DNA of 64,000 nt, taken from positions 160,001-224,000 of the forward strand of contig CAWFFN010000012.1 of assembly GCA_963815115.1 (NCBI GenBank), written 5' to 3'. A model generated the notes under the pieces. It was given only the letters and a program-made list of their open reading frames with translations, did no database searches and was not told where the DNA came from. Both the position numbers and the translations under genes were made by a program. Position 1 is the stretch's first letter. Each line of letters starts with the position of its first letter. Shown in pieces: positions 36,573-47,909 of this stretch. The stretch comes from an uncultured delta proteobacterium. Its GTDB lineage: Bacteria; Desulfobacterota; Binatia; DP-6.

Positions 36573-37388
36573 TCAGTCCCGCGCCCGCACCGTGAAGTGC
36601 TCGCCGTTCCATCCCAGCTCGACACGGTCGGGCAGGATCCGGACCACCTCGACGCCGTCGCTCGACGACTCGCCTTCGTGCAACGTCTCGAGGCCGCGGT
36701 TCTCGATCGCGAGGGCGACGGTGCGACGTCCCGGAGCGGGCGAGTAGAGCAGGAAGCTCAGGCGCACCGCCGGCGCCCCGGCCGGCGGACGCCGGACCGC
36801 CGGCGGCTCGAGGTGCGTGTACGTCGTGGCCGGCGCCTCGCGCGGCACGGCAACGTTCGCTGCTGGTGGCGGGGGAGGCAGCGGGGGCGCCACGGCCTGC
36901 GCCCACGGCCGCGGATCGGTTGGCGACGGGGCGGGCACGGGACGCGCCGCCGCGAGCGCGTCAGGCCGGGACGCGTCCTCGGCGGGAGGGGTCTCGGCGT
37001 GGGACGGAGCGGTCGCCGGAGCCTCGGCCTGCGGTGGCGAAGCACTCGCGTGCTCCGCCGGCGGGCTCTGCGGGGGCGCCGGCTCCGGCGGGACGGCCGG
37101 CTGCGCAGCGGTCGCGGCGGGCTCGGGGGGCGCCGGTGGCGGAGCGACGGCCTCGACCACCGGCTGCTTCGCGGCGGGCTCGGCGGGCGCCTGGACGACG
37201 GCGGGCCCGCTGCCGGGGCGCGCACGCAGGAGCATCAGCGCGAGAGCCGCACCGGCGGCGAAGGCGCAGCCGACGAGCACCACCCCGCGCCTGCGGCGCG
37301 GCACGGGCACGGCGGCGGTGGCCACCGGCTCGACGACCGGCGGCCGGCTGCGCTCGAGCTTCTCGAGCGCGTCGAGAATCGAGCTCAC
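36573..37388 (-). CDS. gspB: ExeB/GspB-like protein
   Basis: N-terminal (M)SSILDALEKLE, one TM helix, Pro/Ala linker, C-terminal LHEGE...VVRILPDRV domain; coupled to exeA. Confidence 0.75.
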   Translation of the reverse strand: MSSILDALEKLERSRPPVVEPVATAAVPVPRRRRGVVLVGCAFAAGAALALMLLRARPGSGPAVVQAPAEPAAKQPVVEAVAPPPAPPEPAATAAQPAVPPEPAPPQSPPAEHASASPPQAEAPATAPSHAETPPAEDASRPDALAAARPVPAPSPTDPRPWAQAVAPPLPPPPPAANVAVPREAPATTYTHLEPPAVRRPPAGAPAVRLSFLLYSPAPGRRTVALAIENRGLETLHEGESSSDGVEVVRILPDRVELGWNGEHFTVRARD

Positions 37389-39319
37389 GAGGAGTCTCCG
37401 ATGACCTCGGAGAGCGTGGGACGCGGATAGCCGCCGGCGGCCGCGTACAGCGCGACTCGCGTCAGCCGCCCGACGATGCCGTCGGCGCTGACGTAGCGCG
37501 AGCGCTGGAAGTCGAGCACGGCGGACGCCGTGGCGGCGTCGTATTGTCCGCTCTCCTCTCCGCCGTACGCCCCGATTCGCTTGAGGAGGACCTGCAGGCG
37601 GGTCACGCGGGCACCCCGCGCGTGTGCGCTGAGCGTGCCGGGGCCGAGCGCCTCGAAGTCGCGCGAGAAGACGTGCGCCTGGCCGTACCACGCCCGCTCG
37701 AGCAGCTCCTGGCTCACCGCCACCGCCGGGCCGTCGCCGGCTGCCACCAGGGGCGCGCCGTCGCGCAGCCCGACCAGGGCAGCGTAGCGGGGTCCGCTGG
37801 TGCCGGGGAGCTGCAGCTCCAGCACCGCCGGCACGTCGAGCAGACGGAGCATGGCCGTGTTGCCTCTCAGCGCGAGGTGCTCGAGCCCGCGACGTTCGGC
37901 GATGTGCGCGAAATCGTCGGGCATGGTCGCCTCGTCGGCGGAGAGCGAAGGCACCTGCCACGCGTGCAGCACGATGTCCAGCGCGGCACGCGCGCTGGCG
38001 GCCGAGTCGAGCGAGGCCAGCCGATGCTCGATCTCCTTCGTCGTGTCGGCCGAGGGGGGCGGTGGCGCGGCTTCGTGTGCAGCGACCGGCGCGATGTCCG
38101 GTGGGGGTGGCGCGGGCGGTCGCTCCTCGGCCGGGGATTGTTCGGTGGGGGGCGACGACCGGGAATCGTCGGCCGGCGGATCCGCCGCGGGCGCAGAGGC
38201 GGCCGCCACCTCGGTTGCGGGCGGATCGCCGTCGGACGGCGGCGTGGGCGCCGCGGCGACCGCGGGAGCTTCGGGGGGCGCCGCGGCGACCGCCGCCGGC
38301 ACCTCGGGTGCGGCGCTCGTTGCCGCTGGCGGCTCGGGCACCGTTCCCGCACCGGGTGGCGGCGCATCGGGCGTCGCCGCCTGCGGCACGATCGGCCGGA
38401 ACAGCGGCGCGACGCCGAACGTCCCCACCGCCGCGAGCCCCACCACGCCGACCGCGAGCGCGGCATTCGTCCACACCGCACGGGGCGCAGGCGCCGGGCG
38501 GCCCGGCAGCGGAAGAGTCGTCACCTCGCGGTAGGCGCGCCTGACCGACCGCAGGGTCACGGTCCGCCGCTCGGCCGCGAACGCGGCCAGCATGGCCCGG
38601 TGGCAGAGCATGTTGATGAGGCGCGGAACGCCGCGCGACCGGGCGTGGATGGCGCGCAGGGCCGGACGGGAGAAGACGTCGCACACCTGGCCCTCGCTGG
38701 CGATCTCCAGCCGGTGGCGGACGTAGGCCATCGTTTCCTGGCGATCGAGCGGACCGATGTGCCAGCGCAAGGTGATGCGCTGGTTCAGCTGCGCCAGCTC
38801 GGGGTGCGCCAGCAACGCGCGCAGCTGCGGCTGTCCCACCAGGATGATGCGCAGGAGCTTCTCCGTGGTGGTCTCGAGGTTCGAGAGGAGCCGCAGGTGC
38901 TCCAGCACCTCCATCGACAGCGCCTGGGCCTCGTCGACCACGACCACTGCCCGGCCGCCCGCTTCCCGCTGGTTCAGCAGATGACGGTTCAGGTGATCGA
39001 TGAGGTCCTTCTTGCTCGTCCGCCGCGCCGGCAGCCCGAACTCGGTGTTGATCGTCTGGAGCAGCTCGAGCGGGGAGATCGTCGGGTTCACGACGTATGC
39101 CACGCTCGACTCGGGCGCGAGCTCGCCGAGGAAGTGCCGGAGCACGGTCGTCTTCCCGGTGCCCACGTCGCCCGTGATGCAGACGAAGCCGCTCGACTCC
39201 GACAACCCCAGCCGGAGGTGCGCCAGCGCGTCGGCGTGCTTGCGCGAGAGGAAAAGATACCGGGGGTCCGGCGTCAGCCGGAAGGGTGCATCCACCAGCC
39301 CGAAGAACCGCTCGTACAT
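37385..39319 (-). CDS. exeA: ExeA/GspA AAA ATPase with C-terminal peptidoglycan-binding domain
   Basis: MYERFFGL..PFRLTPDP, GDVGTGKT, VDEAQ, LVGQPQL and FQRSRYVSADGIVG motifs. Confidence 0.9.
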   Translation of the reverse strand: MYERFFGLVDAPFRLTPDPRYLFLSRKHADALAHLRLGLSESSGFVCITGDVGTGKTTVLRHFLGELAPESSVAYVVNPTISPLELLQTINTEFGLPARRTSKKDLIDHLNRHLLNQREAGGRAVVVVDEAQALSMEVLEHLRLLSNLETTTEKLLRIILVGQPQLRALLAHPELAQLNQRITLRWHIGPLDRQETMAYVRHRLEIASEGQVCDVFSRPALRAIHARSRGVPRLINMLCHRAMLAAFAAERRTVTLRSVRRAYREVTTLPLPGRPAPAPRAVWTNAALAVGVVGLAAVGTFGVAPLFRPIVPQAATPDAPPPGAGTVPEPPAATSAAPEVPAAVAAAPPEAPAVAAAPTPPSDGDPPATEVAAASAPAADPPADDSRSSPPTEQSPAEERPPAPPPPDIAPVAAHEAAPPPPSADTTKEIEHRLASLDSAASARAALDIVLHAWQVPSLSADEATMPDDFAHIAERRGLEHLALRGNTAMLRLLDVPAVLELQLPGTSGPRYAALVGLRDGAPLVAAGDGPAVAVSQELLERAWYGQAHVFSRDFEALGPGTLSAHARGARVTRLQVLLKRIGAYGGEESGQYDAATASAVLDFQRSRYVSADGIVGRLTRVALYAAAGGYPRPTLSEVIGDSS

Positions 39320-39373
39320 CCCCGCCGACTGGTTCCTAGCACCGACGGGTCCGGGCCGCCACCGCGGCACGCG

Positions 39374-40615
39374 TCACGCGGCACGCCGCGCGACCTCCGC
39401 GAATGCCTGGTCGGTCACCTCCAGCACCCGGCCGACGTCCTCGTCGGTCAGCGCAGCGGACAGGAACCAGTTGTGATGGGGATGCAGGTAGACGCCGCGC
39501 GCGCAGCAGGCGGCGGCGAAGGCGCGGCTGCGCTCGAAGGAGCCCTGGTCGGCGACGAAGGTCAGGAACGGCAGGGCGGGTGGTCCCGTGTAGCGCACGG
39601 CCGTGCCGTGCGCCGCGGCCTGGCGCTCCATTCCGTCGCGCAGCCGCGTGCCGAGGCGTGCCATGCGGGGAATCGCGTCGCTGGCCTCCAGCTCCGCCAG
39701 GCAGGCGAGCGCGGCCGCCATCTCGACCGGGCCCGTCCAGTACGAGCCGGTGAAGAAGACCTTCTCGGCCGGGCGGCGCAGCGCATCGCGGCCGAGCGCG
39801 GCGGCGATCGGATAGCCGTTGCCGAGCGCCTTGCAGTAGCAGGTCAGGTCGGGCTGGACGCCCATGGCCTCGCCCGATCCCCGCAGATCGAGCCGGAAGC
39901 CGGCGCGCACGTCGTCCAGGATGAGCACCGCTCCGAGGCGGTCGCAGCGCCCGCGCAGGCCGGCGAGGAAGCCGGGGACGGGCAGCTCCTGGTCGTGGAA
40001 CGCGTCGTGCCGGAAGGGCGACACCATGATGGCCGCCACGTCGCCGTCGTGGGCGTCGAGCGCGGCGTCGACGCTGCCGAGGTCGTTGTAGCGAAAGTGC
40101 GCGACGTGCGCGCGGTCCTCGTCCATCACGCCGGCGGGCATCGGAGAGCACCAGGGGTGGGTGCCGTGGTACGCGCCCTCGGCGGTGAGGACCTTGCGCC
40201 GCCCGGTGGCCGCACGCGCAACCTGGGTCGCCCACGTGCAGATGTCGGACCCGTTCTTGGCGAACACCGCCCACGCCGCCCACGGGGTGAGCGACACCAG
40301 ACGCTCTGCCAGCTCGACCCACGCCGCCCCGGGGCCGTTGAAGCATCGGCCCGCCTCCTCCTGACGGCGTGCCGCCTCGTCGACCCGCGGGTGGTTGTGG
40401 CCGAGAACGATGGGGCCGTACGAGCACATCAGGTCGAGATACTCGTTGCCGTCGACGTCCCAGATGCGCGCGCCCGCGCCGCGCGCGAAGAAGTAGGGAT
40501 AGGCCTCGGGGACCAGCATGCGCGGCGACTGGTGCCCGTAGATGCCGCCGGGCACGACGCGCAGCGCGCGCTCGAACAGGGCCCGGCTGTGGCGATGACG
40601 GCCGGGCTCGGTCAT
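39374..40615 (-). CDS. Class III PLP aminotransferase (HemL-like family)
   Basis: WDVDGNEYLD, KNGSD, AYHG, LILDDVRAGFR and PLP-Lys CKALGNG motifs. Confidence 0.88.
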   Translation of the reverse strand: MTEPGRHRHSRALFERALRVVPGGIYGHQSPRMLVPEAYPYFFARGAGARIWDVDGNEYLDLMCSYGPIVLGHNHPRVDEAARRQEEAGRCFNGPGAAWVELAERLVSLTPWAAWAVFAKNGSDICTWATQVARAATGRRKVLTAEGAYHGTHPWCSPMPAGVMDEDRAHVAHFRYNDLGSVDAALDAHDGDVAAIMVSPFRHDAFHDQELPVPGFLAGLRGRCDRLGAVLILDDVRAGFRLDLRGSGEAMGVQPDLTCYCKALGNGYPIAAALGRDALRRPAEKVFFTGSYWTGPVEMAAALACLAELEASDAIPRMARLGTRLRDGMERQAAAHGTAVRYTGPPALPFLTFVADQGSFERSRAFAAACCARGVYLHPHHNWFLSAALTDEDVGRVLEVTDQAFAEVARRAA

Positions 40616-41454
40616 GCCGGCGCCACGAGGTGGCGATCGAGAAAGGCGTCCATGGCCGCGTTCGCCCGCCGGTTCGCGTCGCCGCGCCAGTCGACCTGGA
40701 AGGCGTGCGGCGCGCCCTCGAGCAACAGGAGCTCGCTCGACTTGCCGGCGGCCTCCAGGGCGGCGTGCATGCGCTCCGACTCGTGCCAGGAGACGAGCGC
40801 GTCGGCGGTGCCGTGGATGAGCAGCACGGGCGCCGTCGCGTGCGCGGCGTGGGCAACGGGCGAGGCCACGCGCGTCCAGTCCGGATCCTCGACTCGCAGG
40901 CCGAGGAACGCGTCCACCATGCCGGAGCGCCGGCGGCCGAGATCGTAGGGACCGTAGTGCGCGACGACCGCCCGCACCGTCTCGGGCACGTCACGCAGCT
41001 CCGGCGGGAGGTCCGGTGTGAGCTGGAGGATCTCCCTCGCCAGGTGCGCGAGCATGACGAGGTGCGCGCCGGCCGACAGGCCGATGAGCGCCAGCCGGTC
41101 GGGGTCGACGCCGAGCTGCCCGGCATGCGCTCGGACCCAGCGCAGCCCCCGCCGCACGTCGTCGAGCGGCGCGGGAAAGCGATGTGCCGGTGCGAGCCTG
41201 TAGGAGATGGCGATGGTCGCGATGCCGTGCCGCGCCAGGTGGAGCGCATTGCCGGCGGCCTGGCTGGGATCGCCCCGCATCCATCCCCCTCCGTGGACGA
41301 ACACCACGGCCGGGACGGGGCCGGTCACCTCGAGAGGGCGATAGTGGTCGTAGCGCAGGGGGACGCCGTCCACCTCGGCGTAGACGACGTCGGTGGTCAG
41401 CTCGTGCACCGGCGAGCGCAGCGGGATTCCCGGAACCTGGCGCGGAAAGGTCAT
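40612..41454 (-). CDS. Alpha/beta hydrolase (HSL-family esterase)
   Basis: HGGGW, YRLAP, GLSAG, HGTAD and HAF motifs. Confidence 0.9.
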   Translation of the reverse strand: MTFPRQVPGIPLRSPVHELTTDVVYAEVDGVPLRYDHYRPLEVTGPVPAVVFVHGGGWMRGDPSQAAGNALHLARHGIATIAISYRLAPAHRFPAPLDDVRRGLRWVRAHAGQLGVDPDRLALIGLSAGAHLVMLAHLAREILQLTPDLPPELRDVPETVRAVVAHYGPYDLGRRRSGMVDAFLGLRVEDPDWTRVASPVAHAAHATAPVLLIHGTADALVSWHESERMHAALEAAGKSSELLLLEGAPHAFQVDWRGDANRRANAAMDAFLDRHLVAPA

Positions 41455-41468
41455 GCGGGAGGGCCTAG

Positions 41469-42909
<1,441 letters not shown>

Positions 42910-42921
42910 GGCGCGAGCTTC

Positions 42922-44412
42922 CTACGAGGCCATTCTCGCCAGCGCGTCTTCCCGAGGCACGTGCCGGAAAGCCTGCTCGGGTCCCATTCCCGCGAGCACC
43001 CGCGCCAGCATCGGGAGCGACCGCAGCACCAGCTCCGGATCGCGCGCCAGGCGCTCGGGGGGCTCGAGCATGTGAAACACGCGCAGCAGCCCGCGGAATA
43101 CGACCGGGTCGACGCGCGTCGCCGGCAGCATGGCACGGTCGAGGAACCAGCCGAACGCCTGCTCCGCCATCACGGTCAGGTAGGCGAGCGCGTTGCCGGG
43201 TGGCGTGGCCGGAGCCTCACCCCGCGCACGCCGGTCGGCGGCGATCGCCGCGTCCACGAACGGCCGCACCTGGGTCTCGCTCAGGCGATGCAGCAGGCAC
43301 GCGGCGGCGACGGGATCGCGCGGATGCCGTCCGACGGCTTCGTCGAGGAGCGTGGCCTGGACCATCGCCTGGGAGCAGCCTCGGCCGTAGATCGGGTTCG
43401 AGTGGTACGCGGCGTCGCCGATCACGAGCAGGCCCGGCGCCACCGGGCCGTCGGCATCGACGAAGCGGCGCAGCCGGTTGCGCAGCTGTCCCATGACGAG
43501 GACCGGAGTGCCCGCGCCGCCGATCGGCGCCGACACTCCGCGCGCGCGCCAGGGCGCGATCTGCGGAAACGCGGTCACGAAGCGCTCGAAGCGTCGCGGG
43601 TCGGCGAGCTCCTTCAGCCCCGCGTCGTCGACCGGTGCTCCGACCGTGATCGAGAAGGTGTCGGCGTCGCCCGGGAAGACCGCGATCTTCACCCAGCCCA
43701 GGTCTCCGGCGACCAGACCCGTCGTGCCGCGCGGCACGCGGCCGCGCCGGAGCCGATAGAAGCGCGTGTAGTAGAAGATGCCGGTGTCCTGGCTGCGCTC
43801 GCGGGGCGACGGCGCGCCGAGGGCGGTGACCCACGTCGGCACCGGCGAGCGCCGGCCGAGGGCGTCGACCACGAGCGCGGCGGCGAGCTCGCTCCCGTCG
43901 GCCAGCCGCACGCCGCGCACCCATGGACGGCCGCCATCGCGGCTTTCGCCCACGAGTCCGGTGACGGTGACGCCCTCGCGCAGCTCCACGCCGGGCTGGG
44001 CGAGCACGCTCGCGCACAGCGCCCACTCGAAGGTCGTCCGCCGGCACGCGAGGAGGACGACGTCCTCATCGGCGGGCTCCGGCCGGAATCCCATCTCCGG
44101 CGGCGCCATGTCCGCCAGCGCGATCTCGCGCACCCCGCTCGCGCGCAGCCGATCCAGCACGTCCGGAAGATGAGCGAGCAGCACCAGCCGGAGCCGCGCC
44201 AGGAAGGCGTGCGAATGGCGAAGCTGTGGCACGCCACCGCGCCGCCACGTGGTGAAGGCCTCCTCGGCCGTCGTCACGTCGCCGCGGAGATCGCGCTCGA
44301 GGACGATGACGCGCGGGAAGTGGCGCGCGAGCAGGCGGGCGGCGGTCAGGCCGGCAATCCCGCCGCCGAGGACGATCGCGGGCGCGGACGGAACGGGCTC
44401 GAGGCTGGACAT
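42922..44412 (-). CDS. FAD-dependent oxidoreductase
   Basis: GGGIAG, RRGGVPQLRHSH, VDALGRRS and IGDA..HSNPIYGRG motifs. Confidence 0.88.
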   Translation of the reverse strand: MSSLEPVPSAPAIVLGGGIAGLTAARLLARHFPRVIVLERDLRGDVTTAEEAFTTWRRGGVPQLRHSHAFLARLRLVLLAHLPDVLDRLRASGVREIALADMAPPEMGFRPEPADEDVVLLACRRTTFEWALCASVLAQPGVELREGVTVTGLVGESRDGGRPWVRGVRLADGSELAAALVVDALGRRSPVPTWVTALGAPSPRERSQDTGIFYYTRFYRLRRGRVPRGTTGLVAGDLGWVKIAVFPGDADTFSITVGAPVDDAGLKELADPRRFERFVTAFPQIAPWRARGVSAPIGGAGTPVLVMGQLRNRLRRFVDADGPVAPGLLVIGDAAYHSNPIYGRGCSQAMVQATLLDEAVGRHPRDPVAAACLLHRLSETQVRPFVDAAIAADRRARGEAPATPPGNALAYLTVMAEQAFGWFLDRAMLPATRVDPVVFRGLLRVFHMLEPPERLARDPELVLRSLPMLARVLAGMGPEQAFRHVPREDALARMAS

Positions 44413-44500
44413 TCCATCGAGTGATACGCGATCGCCCGGGCCCTGTCGCCCCCTGCGCGGCTTGAACGTGCCTGGCCCGTGCGCTTTGCTTCATGCGCGA

Positions 44501-45328
44501 ATGCCGAGCGTCCACGCCAAGAGCTTCGACCGGGTTGCGCACTGCTATGACGCCACGCGCGCGATGCCCGATGCCGCGCACGCCGGGGTCACGGCTGGCC
44601 TGGCGCGAGCGCTGCGCGCCGTCAGCCCGGCGCCGAGGCTGCTCGAGATCGGCGTCGGCACGGGCCGGATCGCCGTCCCGCTGGCCCGCAGCGGCGTCGA
44701 CGTCGTCGGTATCGACGTCGCCCCCGAGATGCTCGCCCGCTTGCGCGCCCGACGGCCGGAGCTGCCGGTTCTGATCGCCGAGGCTGCACGGCCGCCCTTT
44801 CGCGAGGCGAGCTTCGACGGGGTTCTCCTCGTGCACGTGCTGCACCTCCTGCCGGATCCCGAGCGAGCGTTGCACGCCGCCAGCGACCTGCTGCGCCCGC
44901 ACGGCGTGATGCTCTACGGGCGCGAGGAGCGCGGCACGAGCCCGTTGCGCGGGGTCGCGGCGATCGTGCGAGCCATCGTGGCGGAGCTCTCCGGCGTCGA
45001 CCTGCCGTCGCTGGGGTGGAACGAGCGCGCCATCGCCGCGTTCCGCGCACACGCCCGCGCGCGGGGCGCCGACCCGGCGGAATCGGTGCTGGCCCGCTGG
45101 CCGGAGCAGGCGACCGGCCGCAGCCTCCTCGACCACATTGCCGGGCGTATCTGGTCGAGCACCTGGGACATCCCGGATGCGGTGATGCCGGAGCTGTTGC
45201 GCCGGCTGGCGCCGCGCGTCGAGGCCCTCGTCGGCGACCTCGATCGTCCGCTGGAGTGGGAGACCACTTTCGTGCTGCTGGCGAGCCGGCCGGGAGCGCG
45301 AGTCGACCGGCCGCCCGGGCCGCGATAG
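44501..45328 (+). CDS. Class I SAM-dependent methyltransferase
   Basis: FDRVA..YD, LEIGVGTGR, GIDVAPEML and HVLHL motifs. Confidence 0.9.
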   Translation: MPSVHAKSFDRVAHCYDATRAMPDAAHAGVTAGLARALRAVSPAPRLLEIGVGTGRIAVPLARSGVDVVGIDVAPEMLARLRARRPELPVLIAEAARPPFREASFDGVLLVHVLHLLPDPERALHAASDLLRPHGVMLYGREERGTSPLRGVAAIVRAIVAELSGVDLPSLGWNERAIAAFRAHARARGADPAESVLARWPEQATGRSLLDHIAGRIWSSTWDIPDAVMPELLRRLAPRVEALVGDLDRPLEWETTFVLLASRPGARVDRPPGPR

Positions 45329-45340
45329 GCGGTGCCGCCG

Positions 45341-46015
45341 ATGGCGCGGAAGCCTCGCGAAGCGAGCGTGGAACGGTGGACGGTGCTCCACTTCCCTGCC
45401 CTGGCGCGGGTCATCGTCGCCGCTATCCTGGGTCTGACCGCCTTCTGGTTCGCGTCGAGCCGGATGCAGATGGGGCTCGCGTTCCTCGTCGGATGGGACA
45501 CCATCGCGGCGAGCGTCCTCCTGGCGGTGTGGCCGGTGATCGTGAGGCTCGACTGCGCACAGACGAGGGCGCTCTCCACGCGCGAAGACGAGACTCGCGC
45601 CACGGCCGGACTGCTCGAGGTCGGCGCCTCCACCGTCAGTCTCGTGGGCGTGTTCTATGCGCTCGGGCAGGCGAGCCAGCTCCACGGCGTCGAGCGCATC
45701 GTGATGACGACGGCGGCCATGATCACGATCGTACTGTCGTGGCTGCTGGTCAGCACGGTGTTCATGCTGCGCTACGCCCACCTGCACTTCATGTCGAAGG
45801 TCGGAGGTCTGGATTTCCACGGCGACACGCCGCCCGACTATCTCGACTTCGCCTACCTGGCCTTCACCGTCGGCATGACCTACCAGGTCTCGGACACCGA
45901 GGTGCGCGACCCTGCCATCCGCCGTGCGGTGCTGCGGCAGGCGCTGATCTCCTACCTCTTCGGCGCGGTCATCATCGCGGCGACGATCAACGTCGTGGCC
46001 GGCTTCGTGCACTAG
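45341..46015 (+). CDS. DUF1345 family membrane protein
   Basis: RYAHLHF, PDYLDFAYLAFTVGMTYQVSDT motif. Confidence 0.88.
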   Translation: MARKPREASVERWTVLHFPALARVIVAAILGLTAFWFASSRMQMGLAFLVGWDTIAASVLLAVWPVIVRLDCAQTRALSTREDETRATAGLLEVGASTVSLVGVFYALGQASQLHGVERIVMTTAAMITIVLSWLLVSTVFMLRYAHLHFMSKVGGLDFHGDTPPDYLDFAYLAFTVGMTYQVSDTEVRDPAIRRAVLRQALISYLFGAVIIAATINVVAGFVH

Positions 46016-46560
46016 GCTGGTCGGATCTTCCCCGGAAATCCCTCGGCGAGGGCGCGCTCGGTGATCCGCATGACGAACCCCGTCTTCGCGTCCGCGTACG
46101 CCTGCCGCGAGTCGAAGGTCGCCGCGCTGTACGATGGCGCAAGTTCGCGCTTGAGCTCCTCGTACTCGCGGGCCACCTCGGAATGCGCCCGCAGGTAGTC
46201 CCGAAACGCCAGGGTCCGACGCTCCTCCGTCCCTCCCGATTCGACGACGTGCACGTGGTGGGTGTGGGGCCATGCGGCGGGCCGGTGGAAGAGGACGCAG
46301 AAGGAATCGTCCGGATGCGGCACGTGGACGTAGCCGAGCTGCACGATGCGGACCCGGTACGGTTCGAGAGGTTGCACCCGACGAACGGAAACCTGGATGT
46401 CGATGACGGGTTTCGCGGCGAGGCCGGGGACCGAGGTGGAGCCGTTGTGGTCGATGCGGATCGCGAGATCGCCCATCGCAGCCGCGAGCCGGTCACGCTC
46501 CGCGGAGAACGCCTCCGGCCACGCCGGATCGTACGGCACGATCTCCAGGGCTCCGGCCAT
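46012..46560 (-). CDS. GrpB/UPF0157 family nucleotidyltransferase-like protein
   Basis: YDPAWP, HNGSTSVPGLAAKPVIDI, FRDYLR and YADAK motifs. Confidence 0.9.
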   Translation of the reverse strand: MAGALEIVPYDPAWPEAFSAERDRLAAAMGDLAIRIDHNGSTSVPGLAAKPVIDIQVSVRRVQPLEPYRVRIVQLGYVHVPHPDDSFCVLFHRPAAWPHTHHVHVVESGGTEERRTLAFRDYLRAHSEVAREYEELKRELAPSYSAATFDSRQAYADAKTGFVMRITERALAEGFPGKIRPA

Positions 46561-46608
46561 GTGATGCTCGCGCTACCGCCCGTGCTCGACCGCTCGCGGC
46601 GGCTCCGG

Positions 46609-47820
46609 CTACGAGATCGCGCCCGTCGCTTTGAGCTCGGCCATCTGCTCCCAGGTGAGCCCCAGCGACAGCAGCACCTCCTCGGTGTGCTGCGCCGCCT
46701 CGGGCGCCGGCCGCAGCGTCGGCGGCGTCTCGTCGAACTGCACCGGGCTGGCGACGAGCGTGAACGTCGTGCCGTCGCCGCGATCGACCTCCGGCAGGTA
46801 GCCGTTGGCGATCGCCTGCGGGTCGCTGCCGACCTCGCGCGCGCTCTGCATCGGCGCCCACACGCCTTCCACCTCCGCCAGCGTCTCGCGCCATTCCGCC
46901 AGCGTGCGCGCGGCGAAGGTCCCCGCCAGCTCCTGCACGCACTCCTTGCGGTTCATGAAGCGGGCCATGCCGCTCTCGTAGCGCTCGTCCGTGACGAGGT
47001 CCTCGCGGCCGATGTGGCGGCACAGGTCGGGCCAGAAGCGATCCGGCTGCAGCATGTTCAGGAAGAGCCAGCGCCCATCCTTGGTGCGGTAGCTGTTGAC
47101 GATCGGGTTCGGCGACTCGGTGCGGTCGAACGCCGGCATCTCCTGCTCGGTGAGCCGTGTCATCACGATGTCGGGCGCGAGGATCCACATCGCGGTGCCG
47201 AGCAGCGAGACGTCGATCAGCGACGCCTCGCCGGTGCGTTCGCGGCGGAAGAGGGCTGCGGCGATGCCGCCCGCGACCGTCATGCCGCCCGCCGAGTCAC
47301 CGAACGCGGCCCGCTGCATGATCGGCGCGACGGCTCCCGGTGGGGTCAGGGCGTGGGCGATGCCGCCCCGTGACCAGAACGACGCGGCGTCGTAGCCGCC
47401 CTTCTCCGCGTCGGGCCCGCGCGCGCCCTGGCCGTGACCGCGCACGTAGATGATGCGCGGGTTCACCGCGCGGATGTCCTCGAGCTCGATGCGAAGCTTC
47501 CGTCGCGCCGACGGCAGGAAGCTGGTGAGGAAGACGTCCGCCGTTTCCACGAGCCGGAGCAACGTCTCGCGCCCCGCCGGATTCGCGAGGTCGATCCCGA
47601 CGCTGCGCTTGCCGCGGTTCGACTGCTCCATCATGAAGTTGACGCTGCCGGTCGGCGGAAAGAAGCCCGAGGTGACGAGACCGCGCAGCGGGTCGCCCGT
47701 CACCGGATGCTCGATCTTGATGACGTCGGCTCCCCAGTCGGCGAGCACCGCTCCGGCCGACGGGACGAACCACCACTGGGCGACCTCGACGACGCGGATG
47801 CCAGTCAGGACCTGCTCCAT
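46609..47820 (-). CDS. CoA transferase family III (CaiB/BaiF)
   Basis: LADWGADVIKIEHP, NRGKRS, GYD and AFGD motifs. Confidence 0.93.
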   Translation of the reverse strand: MEQVLTGIRVVEVAQWWFVPSAGAVLADWGADVIKIEHPVTGDPLRGLVTSGFFPPTGSVNFMMEQSNRGKRSVGIDLANPAGRETLLRLVETADVFLTSFLPSARRKLRIELEDIRAVNPRIIYVRGHGQGARGPDAEKGGYDAASFWSRGGIAHALTPPGAVAPIMQRAAFGDSAGGMTVAGGIAAALFRRERTGEASLIDVSLLGTAMWILAPDIVMTRLTEQEMPAFDRTESPNPIVNSYRTKDGRWLFLNMLQPDRFWPDLCRHIGREDLVTDERYESGMARFMNRKECVQELAGTFAARTLAEWRETLAEVEGVWAPMQSAREVGSDPQAIANGYLPEVDRGDGTTFTLVASPVQFDETPPTLRPAPEAAQHTEEVLLSLGLTWEQMAELKATGAIS

Positions 47821-47909
47821 GCCAGACAGTCGCTACCACGCCCGATCGGCCACAGGCCAGCGTTGCATGATGGCGAAGAACCGCCGACTCGTGCTAGCCA
47901 GACGGCCGC

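Noticed and set aside
39374-40615. Calling the aminotransferase hemL
   Set aside because: It has KNGSD rather than the NSGTEA motif of true GSA aminomutases and lies apart from the hem genes; left as class III aminotransferase
44473-44490. Sigma54-like TGGC...TTGC upstream of the methyltransferase
   Set aside because: GG-to-GC spacing is 2 nt too long for a -24/-12 promoter
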